Assembly (NCBI GenBank): GCA_965116885.1 | Contig: OZ220741.1 | Location: forward strand, 774,881-838,880 | DNA length: 64,000 nt | Direction of reading: 5' to 3' | DNA from: Candidatus Latescibacterota bacterium | Lineage (GTDB): Bacteria; Latescibacterota; UBA2968 | The notes under the pieces: model-generated | The model's input: the letters and a program-made list of their open reading frames with translations, nothing else | What the model was told of the DNA's origin: nothing | The model's database searches: none | Position numbers and translations under genes: made by a program | Part shown: piece by piece, positions 57,068 through 64,000 of the stretch | How the letters are laid out: each line of letters starts with the position of its first letter | Position numbering within the stretch: the stretch's first letter is position 1

Positions 57068-58756
57068 TCACAAAAAATCCAAATCTGCGCCGAGGTGAGC
57101 GGGCAAAACGCATTTGGCATACAGATGTCGCCATCCGCGCTCGGGAATTGGCAAAGGAACAAAAGCCTCGCGGCGACGCGCAAGCTCTGCCTCATCGACC
57201 AGCAAATCAATGCGGCGCTCTTTTGCATTCAACGCCACCATATCGCCATCGCGCACAAAAGCAAGCGGTCCCCCTGTCGCCGCCTCGGGAGAACAGTGCA
57301 ACACCACCGTACCATAAGACGTCCCACTCATACGCGCATCGGAAATCCGCACCATATCTTTGACCCCTCTTTGCGCCAGATATTTGGGAATGGGAAGAGA
57401 CCCCGCCTCTGGAAACCCATCCCCCACAGGACCGGCATTTCGCAAAATCATCACATGATCGGGCGTAATATTGAGAGACGGGTCATCAATCCGCGCAGAT
57501 GCATCCTCAGCAGAATCAAAAACAACCGCGGGACCCCGGTGCGCGAGCAATTCCGGAGACGCCGCAGCAACCTTCAGCACAGCCCCGTCCGGCGCCAGAT
57601 TGCCGCGAACCACAATCAGCGCGCCCGTAGCACCAAGAGGATCGTCCAGCGTGCGAATAGTACTTTGCCACGGTTGAGGAGGTTGAACCGTCTCCAAATA
57701 ATCGCCCAGCGTCTGCCCCGTAATCGTCGGCACAGAACAATCCAGCAAAGACGCCAGCGCCTTGAGCAACGCGGGAACACCGCCCGCATCGTGAAAATCC
57801 TCCATATAACCCACACCTGCGGGCTTGCAATCCACCAGCAGTGGCACATGTTGCGACACATCGTGCATATCTTCCAGAGTCAGCCGAGTCCCCGCCCGCC
57901 GTGCAATAGCCAGAAGATGCACAATCGCATTCGTAGAACCACCCAGCGCGTGGAGCACTGCAAGCGCATTGAGAAAAGACCCCCGCGTGAGCAATTGCGC
58001 AGGACGCCGTTCTGCGCGAGCTATCGCAACAGCCATGCGTCCAGACCGCACGCCCACGCGCAAGCGATCTCCCGTACCCGAAAGCGGAGTCGCCCCGCCA
58101 GAAACCATCAAACCCAGCGTCTCCACCACACTCGCCATCGTCGAAGCAGTCCCCATAACCATACACGTCCCCGGCGTACTGCAAAGCGACTGCGTCACAC
58201 CTTCGATCTGCCAATCGCTCAGTTCCCCAGCACGATATTGCGCCCAATAGCGGCGACAATCTGTACACGCACCCAACCTCTCACCCTGCCACGAACCCGT
58301 TCGCATCGCACCAGACACCACCTGAACAGCGGGAATATTAGCCGAAGCAGCCGCCATCAATTGCGCCGGCACAGTCTTATCGCACCCCCCCATCAGCACC
58401 ACAGCATCCATAGGTTGCGCCCTGATCAGTTCCTCGGTCTCCATAGACAGCAAATTCCGAAAAAGCATCGTCGTAGGCGAAAAGAAAATTTCATTCAGCG
58501 AAATCGTGGGAAACACAAACGGCAGGCCGCCGCCTTCGAAAACCCCGCGTTTGACCGCCTCGATCAAATCCGGCATATGCCCGTGGCAGGGGTTATAATC
58601 AGAAGCTGTCGATGCAATCCCAATAACGGGACGATCCACATCCTCACCATCATATCCCGCAGCCGCGAGAAACGCCCTGCGAATATACTTGCTAAATTCC
58701 GGATCGCCGTAGCTCGTCAAATTCCGGTTAATACCGGTGTCTGTCGATTGGGTCAT
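57068..58756 (-). CDS. IlvD/EDD family dehydratase (dihydroxy-acid/sugar-acid dehydratase)
   Basis: Start MTQSTDTG; ...CDKTVPAQLMAAA... Fe-S cluster Cys motif region. Confidence 0.8.
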   Translation of the reverse strand: MTQSTDTGINRNLTSYGDPEFSKYIRRAFLAAAGYDGEDVDRPVIGIASTASDYNPCHGHMPDLIEAVKRGVFEGGGLPFVFPTISLNEIFFSPTTMLFRNLLSMETEELIRAQPMDAVVLMGGCDKTVPAQLMAAASANIPAVQVVSGAMRTGSWQGERLGACTDCRRYWAQYRAGELSDWQIEGVTQSLCSTPGTCMVMGTASTMASVVETLGLMVSGGATPLSGTGDRLRVGVRSGRMAVAIARAERRPAQLLTRGSFLNALAVLHALGGSTNAIVHLLAIARRAGTRLTLEDMHDVSQHVPLLVDCKPAGVGYMEDFHDAGGVPALLKALASLLDCSVPTITGQTLGDYLETVQPPQPWQSTIRTLDDPLGATGALIVVRGNLAPDGAVLKVAAASPELLAHRGPAVVFDSAEDASARIDDPSLNITPDHVMILRNAGPVGDGFPEAGSLPIPKYLAQRGVKDMVRISDARMSGTSYGTVVLHCSPEAATGGPLAFVRDGDMVALNAKERRIDLLVDEAELARRREAFVPLPIPERGWRHLYAKCVLPAHLGADLDFL

Positions 58757-60594
58757 GATGTCACCGCTTCCAGCGCGCACGCCGCTGAATCGAGCATCCC
58801 ATTGACAATCTCCTCGGCGAACTGATCGACATTTTCGCGCGTCTGCTCCAAATCATCCCCAGCCAGATCTGCGCGATCAGCCGAAGCCGCCGACACGTAA
58901 TACTTGATCTTCGGTTCTGTGCCAGAAGGCCGAGCTGTTACCCGCGTGTACCCTTTCTCCGACAAAGTAAACGCGAGAACATTGCCTGTACTCCCCTCAA
59001 TTGTGCGCGTATTCCCCGTCTGAACATTGTACACAGTATTCGTCTGGCGATCAATAACCTCAACCACCTTGTACCCGCCAATTGCAACAGGTGGATCCCG
59101 GCGCAGACCATTCATAATTTGGGCAATCTCCTCATTGCCCCGCGCGCCTTCTCGATACGTCGATCTCTGCACCTCGCAAAAATAACCGAACATGCGATAA
59201 ATATCATCCAGATAATCCCGCAGCGTGCGACCTTGCCTCTTGAGTTTAGCCGCGCACTCCGCGATCAAAACCGCTGCAACAGCCGCATCCTTATCGCGCA
59301 CAAAATCCGTAAACAAATAACCGTGGCTCTCTTCCGTCCCAAACACAAAAGTCTCATCTTCTGCCAGACTATTGATCACATCGCCAATATATTTAAACCC
59401 AACGAGCAGATTGTCAACAGGCATCAAACCAAAATGCCTGGCAATAAGACTGATGAGATCTGTCGTAACAATCGTCTTACACACAATTCCCCTATTGGGC
59501 AATTTATCCTGCTCCCTGAGCGAAGTCAAAATATAATAACACAAAACAGCACCGATCTGATTGCCATTAATCGCGAGACCATCGGGAGCGGCATCCCAAC
59601 CCTTCTGCGGATCGGGCAGCGCACACCCCAGACGATCGGCATCTGGATCGCTCGCCAGAACAACATCAGCCCGAACCTGTCTCGCCTCTTCAATAGCCAG
59701 AGCAAGCGCGCCCGGATCTTCGGGATTTGCCACACCCCTTGCCACCGTCGGAAAATTGCCATCCGGAACATCTTGCGCCTCCACCAGATGGAGAGAATAC
59801 CCCAGATTCTGAAGCGCGGGCACAACACTCGTTGCACCAACGCCGTGTAGCGGCGTATATACAACACTTATATCGCGGGCATCGCAAAGGGAAAGATTCG
59901 CCAGACTTTTGACATATTGCGCGTCGAGCTTCTCATCGAGCACCTCAATCAGCCCCCGTTCCACCCCCTCCTCATAGCCAATTCTATTGAGGCTCTTAAC
60001 ACCACCAACCTCGGCAATAATATTCTTATCGTGTGGCGGAACAACCTGCCCGCCATCTATCCAGTACGCCTTAAAACCATTATCCGAAGGCGGATTGTGA
60101 CTCGCGCTAATAACCACCCCTGCAACAGCACCCACCTTGCGAAGCGCAAAAGAAAGATGAGGCGTTGCGCGAGGACCGTCAAACAGACGCGCAACAATAC
60201 CATTGCCCGCAATAATCGAAGCCGTCTCCCGCGCAAAAACATCCGAATTATTGCGCGTATCATACGCGATCACCACACCCTTATCTCTAACATCTTCAAT
60301 ACCCGACTTGAGAATATACTGCGCCAAACCCTGTGCGGCTTCTCCAATCGTCCTCAAATTAATCCGATTGGGACCCGGCCCCATCTTGCCCCGAATACCC
60401 CCCGTACCAAACTCAATATGGGTGCGAAAAGCATCCTCAATCTCGTCCATATCTCCATCTTCAATAAACAATTGAATCTCCGGCACAAAATCGGCAAATT
60501 CCGGATCAATAAGCCATTGTGAAACGGCTCGAAATGCCGCGGCAGAAAGCCTGTTCTCCGCTGCCCAGTCTTTGATCTGCTGGTGTATCGTCAT
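58753..60594 (-). CDS. Phosphoglucomutase/phosphomannomutase (alpha-D-phosphohexomutase) family
   Basis: VISASHNPPSDNGFK phosphoserine loop; 4-nt overlap with downstream gene. Confidence 0.85.
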   Translation of the reverse strand: MTIHQQIKDWAAENRLSAAAFRAVSQWLIDPEFADFVPEIQLFIEDGDMDEIEDAFRTHIEFGTGGIRGKMGPGPNRINLRTIGEAAQGLAQYILKSGIEDVRDKGVVIAYDTRNNSDVFARETASIIAGNGIVARLFDGPRATPHLSFALRKVGAVAGVVISASHNPPSDNGFKAYWIDGGQVVPPHDKNIIAEVGGVKSLNRIGYEEGVERGLIEVLDEKLDAQYVKSLANLSLCDARDISVVYTPLHGVGATSVVPALQNLGYSLHLVEAQDVPDGNFPTVARGVANPEDPGALALAIEEARQVRADVVLASDPDADRLGCALPDPQKGWDAAPDGLAINGNQIGAVLCYYILTSLREQDKLPNRGIVCKTIVTTDLISLIARHFGLMPVDNLLVGFKYIGDVINSLAEDETFVFGTEESHGYLFTDFVRDKDAAVAAVLIAECAAKLKRQGRTLRDYLDDIYRMFGYFCEVQRSTYREGARGNEEIAQIMNGLRRDPPVAIGGYKVVEVIDRQTNTVYNVQTGNTRTIEGSTGNVLAFTLSEKGYTRVTARPSGTEPKIKYYVSAASADRADLAGDDLEQTRENVDQFAEEIVNGMLDSAACALEAVTS

Positions 60595-60713
60595 AAATAC
60601 TCCTGTCCATCGCGTTTACATAACTATCTATTGCCAAATATTGCAATCTACACGCCACTGTGTCAAGTGCATAGGCAAAACTACTTGACTTTAACCCTCA
60701 TTTATGCCCTATT

Positions 60714-61493
60714 TTGAAAATGCTCACAACAATCCTCATCGCCATTGGCCTTGTGCTGGGTATTCCCCTGGCTATTATAGCACTTTTCTTATGCCTGCCA
60801 ATCCGCATACGTGCAACGGGATACTACCGCGAAAACGACTATAGTATATCCGGTTTTGCGCGCGGTTGTGCCGGGCTATGTGGTATTATCTGCGACATCG
60901 ACAAAAAGGGGATACAACTACGCGTCGTTATCGGACGCTGGACCGCGTGGCGACCCCGAGAAAAACCGCCATCATCAGAGCCGACAACAGAATCCGAAAG
61001 AGATACCGCCACTGAACCACAACGGGACAGACCAGAATCATATCCGACAACAAAACCCTCCTATTGGTCGCGTTTGCAAACCCTGCGCGCAAAAACAAAA
61101 CAATACCTGAACTACGCCGCGGATGCGCGTCCTATTCTGACGCGATTTATGAAACGGTTGCTGAAAACAATATCACTTCAACACGCGGAATTGAATCTGG
61201 AGTTAGGAACAGACGATCCCGCCTTCACCGGACGTCTATTTGGATATATCGAAGCGACCAAATGCATCTTTGGCAAACGCATCCACATCTCAATCACCCC
61301 TGATTTTTTGCAACCGCGCTTTGCCGGATCGGGATCCTTGAAACTCTCCATTTATCTTCACCGTTTGATATTCGCCGCACTCGCCCTGATCCTGCGCGGC
61401 GGACTCATGCGCGCAAAAATCTGGTGGACAAAACGCAAAAACAGGCGCAAAGCAGGGACGGCACAGGGGCCGTCCCCTACGATGATATTGTGA
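60714..61493 (+). CDS. DUF2953/YtfI-like membrane protein
   Basis: N-terminal TM, Pro/Glu/Thr-rich linker; upstream of a GerW/YtfJ-like gene as in Bacillus ytfIJ; C-terminal 14 codons are encoded by a REP element. Confidence 0.45.
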   Translation: MKMLTTILIAIGLVLGIPLAIIALFLCLPIRIRATGYYRENDYSISGFARGCAGLCGIICDIDKKGIQLRVVIGRWTAWRPREKPPSSEPTTESERDTATEPQRDRPESYPTTKPSYWSRLQTLRAKTKQYLNYAADARPILTRFMKRLLKTISLQHAELNLELGTDDPAFTGRLFGYIEATKCIFGKRIHISITPDFLQPRFAGSGSLKLSIYLHRLIFAALALILRGGLMRAKIWWTKRKNRRKAGTAQGPSPTMIL

Positions 61494-61561
61494 TTTTTGT
61501 AGGGGCGACCCCCCTGTGGTCGCCCGCTGACTGCTGGGACGGCACAGGGGCCGTCCCCTAC
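61455..61561. repeat. Cluster of three REP-like palindromes (61455-61480, 61499-61525, 61536-61561) in alternating orientation
   Basis: Same 26-nt family as at 916-989 and 52219-52244. Confidence 0.85.
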
Positions 61562-61597
61562 GGCTAATTATCGCGACTTTATTTATTGGGAGGAAAC

Positions 61598-61987
61598 ATG
61601 GCCATCGAAGACATGGTGCGAACGATGTTAAATGAACTGCGTGAAATCGTAAAAACCGAAACCGTAGTAGGCGAGCCTGTAATTGCGGGCGACATCACCA
61701 TCATCCCCGTATCCAAAATATCCTTTGGATTTGGTGCAGGAGGAGGACAGGGAAAAAAAGACGACGGAAGCAGTGGCACGGGTGGAGGCGGCTCTGTGCA
61801 ACCCGTGGCATTCATCGTCATACAAAAAGGCAAAGCACAGCTTCTGCCCATAGAAGACAAAAGCATGTCCATCGCCGACCTGCTCAAATACGCGCCCGAT
61901 GTACTTGAAAAAATTAAAGCATTTAAGGACAAGCGAAAACAGAAGAAAGATGACGAGGAAGCCGACAGCGAAAAAGAAAAAAAATAA
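61598..61987 (+). CDS. GerW/YtfJ family protein
   Basis: About 130 aa; ...VVGEPVIAGDITIIPVSKISFGFGAGGGQG... followed by Lys/Glu-rich tail; RBS GGGAGG. Confidence 0.6.
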   Translation: MAIEDMVRTMLNELREIVKTETVVGEPVIAGDITIIPVSKISFGFGAGGGQGKKDDGSSGTGGGGSVQPVAFIVIQKGKAQLLPIEDKSMSIADLLKYAPDVLEKIKAFKDKRKQKKDDEEADSEKEKK

Positions 61988-61993
61988 AATAAT

Positions 61994-64000
61994 ATGCTCT
62001 CAAACTTAAACCAACCCTTGCGAACTCTGCCGGGTATTGGGCTAAAACGCGAAAAAGTATTGGAAAACGCAGGCATCGCCACCGTGGGCGATCTCCTATT
62101 GTATTTGCCCTATCGGTACATAGATCGCTCTACCGAAGTCGGCATCGCACACCTGCCGCTGGATCGAGAAGTCACCGCAGTAGGCGAAATCGTGAGCATG
62201 CAGACAATCCCCGGCAAGCGTCGGCGATTCGTCATGACAGTCGAAGACCAGACCGGATCGGTCGCCTGTACGTGGTTCGGAGGCATTCAATACCTCAAAA
62301 ATTCATATCGCGCGGGCGACATCGTAGCACTCGGAGGCAAATTGACGCGGTTTGGGCGCACATTGCAAATGGTACACCCCGAAATAGAAGTTCTCGCAAA
62401 CGAAGACGACGACAATCAGCGGCTGCATACCGGACGCATCATCCCGCTGTATTCCACCACATCAAAAATGAAAGCAGACCGCCTCACAGCCCGCGCACTT
62501 CGCCGTCTCTTATTCGCCGCGCTACAAGCTATTGGAGATCAAATCGAAGACCCATTGGACGAAAACATACGCAAACGCTGTGGCCTGATGCGCCTGCGAG
62601 ACGCAATTGAAAAAATCCATTTCCCAGACACAACAACGGACATAGACACTGCGCGGCAGCGCCTATCTTTCGACGAGATCTTCTACATCCAGCTCTATCT
62701 GGGACACGCAAAAAAGCTGCGCCAGCGCACACCCGGACGCGTACTGGCATCCAGTGGCCCCCTGACGCAACAACTCGTGGCGAATCTACCCTTCAAACTA
62801 ACGCATGCACAAACGCACGCTATAGCAGAAATCGGCCATGACCTGCAGCGACCCGTAGCCATGCACCGCCTGTTACAGGGCGACGTGGGATCTGGCAAAA
62901 CCCTGGTCGCCCTTCACGCCATGTTGTGTGCCGCAGACAGCGGCGCGCAAGCCGCCTTAATGGCACCCACAGAGATCCTCGCCGAGCAGCACGCCCATAC
63001 CATTCGAGAACTCGTCGCCCCACTGGGCTTAGAAATAGCATTGGTAACAGGACGCATGCGAAAAGCGCAACGCACCAAAATACTGGACGGATTGCATTCT
63101 GGAAAAATAAAAATAGCAGTCGGCACACATGCCCTATTGCAAAACGACATCGCATTTGCCGACCTCGCACTCATCGTCGTCGATGAGCAACATCGCTTTG
63201 GCGTGGTCCAGCGCGCCATGCTGCGCGAAAAAGGCAACGCGCCCCATCTTCTGGTCATGACCGCCACCCCCATACCCAGATCCCTATCGCTGACCCTGTA
63301 CGGCGACCTGGATGTCACCATCATCGACGCCCTGCCGCCTGGTCGCATCCCTGTACGCACGGGATGGCGTTATGCACAGGACCGCGCTCGCGCACTGCAA
63401 TTTCTGCGCAGCGAACTGCAACAAGGACATCAGGCATATATCGTCTATCCACTCGTCTCCGAATCCGAAAAAAGCGACCTGCAAGCCGCCACCGCCGCCT
63501 TTGAAGACCTGCAAAAAGGCGCACTCTCCAACTCCCGGTTGGGCTTGCTTCACGGACGGCTAAAACGCGACGAAAAAGAAACCACAATGTCTGCCTTCAG
63601 GCGCGGCGATCTGGATGCGCTGGTCACGACAACAGTCATAGAAGTCGGCGTCGATGTTCCCAATGCCACAGTCATGATGGTCGAACACGCCGAGCGCTTT
63701 GGACTATCGCAATTGCACCAATTGCGCGGGCGCGTGGGCCGCGGTCAACATCAATCCTACTGTATTTTAATCGCAGACCCCCAGGAAGGGCTATCGGATG
63801 ACGCACATGAACGCCTCGACGCCATGGCGCGAACAACGGACGGATTCGAAATCTCAGAAGCCGACTTGTGCATCCGGGGACCCGGACATATTTTTGGCAC
63901 CCAACAAGCCGGCTTCCCCAAATTCCACTTTGCCGACCTCGTACGCGACGGCGCCTTAATCACCGCCGCGCGTAGAGAAGTACAGACACTCCTGGACCAC
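61994..64000 (+). CDS. recG: ATP-dependent DNA helicase RecG (runs off window end)
   Basis: Wedge domain then helicase motifs GDVGSGKT, VVDEQHRFGV, ...QLHQLRGRVGRG; no stop within window. Confidence 0.85.
   Translation, partial: MLSNLNQPLRTLPGIGLKREKVLENAGIATVGDLLLYLPYRYIDRSTEVGIAHLPLDREVTAVGEIVSMQTIPGKRRRFVMTVEDQTGSVACTWFGGIQYLKNSYRAGDIVALGGKLTRFGRTLQMVHPEIEVLANEDDDNQRLHTGRIIPLYSTTSKMKADRLTARALRRLLFAALQAIGDQIEDPLDENIRKRCGLMRLRDAIEKIHFPDTTTDIDTARQRLSFDEIFYIQLYLGHAKKLRQRTPGRVLASSGPLTQQLVANLPFKLTHAQTHAIAEIGHDLQRPVAMHRLLQGDVGSGKTLVALHAMLCAADSGAQAALMAPTEILAEQHAHTIRELVAPLGLEIALVTGRMRKAQRTKILDGLHSGKIKIAVGTHALLQNDIAFADLALIVVDEQHRFGVVQRAMLREKGNAPHLLVMTATPIPRSLSLTLYGDLDVTIIDALPPGRIPVRTGWRYAQDRARALQFLRSELQQGHQAYIVYPLVSESEKSDLQAATAAFEDLQKGALSNSRLGLLHGRLKRDEKETTMSAFRRGDLDALVTTTVIEVGVDVPNATVMMVEHAERFGLSQLHQLRGRVGRGQHQSYCILIADPQEGLSDDAHERLDAMARTTDGFEISEADLCIRGPGHIFGTQQAGFPKFHFADLVRDGALITAARREVQTLLDH

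Overview
This 64-kb window comes from a GC-rich (about 58-60% GC) bacterial chromosome. The gene content suggests a marine, PVC-like heterotroph that degrades sulfated glycans, but I cannot confirm the organism. I saw no rRNA, tRNA or CRISPR.

Main blocks, in window order:
- 1-1643: the N-terminal part of a UvrD/helicase-IV-like gene (minus strand, runs off the window), GC-rich REP-like palindromes, and clpP.
- 1721-6093: a large secreted polysaccharide-lyase-like protein and an MFS transporter.
- 6100-8100: an AT-rich island (about 42% GC) carrying a three-gene hypothetical operon with an internal 141-bp tandem duplication. It looks horizontally acquired.
- 8.1-31 kb: a tightly packed block of 20 genes on the minus strand, interrupted only by a low-GC two-gene insert at about 19.3-21.6 kb whose dioxygenase is on the plus strand. 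It holds 8 formylglycine-type sulfatases (one with Thr replacing the catalytic Cys), 6 PhyH-family Fe/2OG dioxygenases (three lack HxD and show HxG), two sugar-phosphate-isomerase-like TIM barrels, a cupin, a beta-helix glycosidase-like protein, a GATase1-like protein, a beta-propeller-like hypothetical and an ExeA/GspA-like AAA ATPase.
- 31.3-34.7 kb: a processive GT2 (QxxRW) glycosyltransferase in one operon with TonB-ExbB-ExbD.
- 34.9-42.2 kb: an ECF sigma, an anti-sigma and a Spy/CpxP-like protein, then an RND pump whose membrane fusion protein carries long Gly/Gln/Arg tandem repeats, then an RDD protein with an RGG tract.
- 42.7-46.3 kb: a 1192-aa FN3-repeat lipoprotein with an 885-bp near-identical tandem duplication.
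- 46.5-54.6 kb: a sigma-54 activator with a candidate -24/-12 promoter, a threonine-synthase-like PLP enzyme, hpnCDE squalene synthesis genes, aspC and an SDR.
- 54.6-64.0 kb: a PHP-like metallohydrolase, an IlvD/EDD dehydratase, a phosphohexomutase, a YtfI/YtfJ(GerW)-like pair and the start of recG.

Two short-repeat families recur between genes: a 26-nt GC-rich palindrome (7 copies at 4 loci) and a composite element built of (GACGAATA)n octamer arrays around a GTACAACTGG-N-CCAGTTCATAG hairpin (2 loci). The octamer repeat supplies the stop codons of exbD and aspC.
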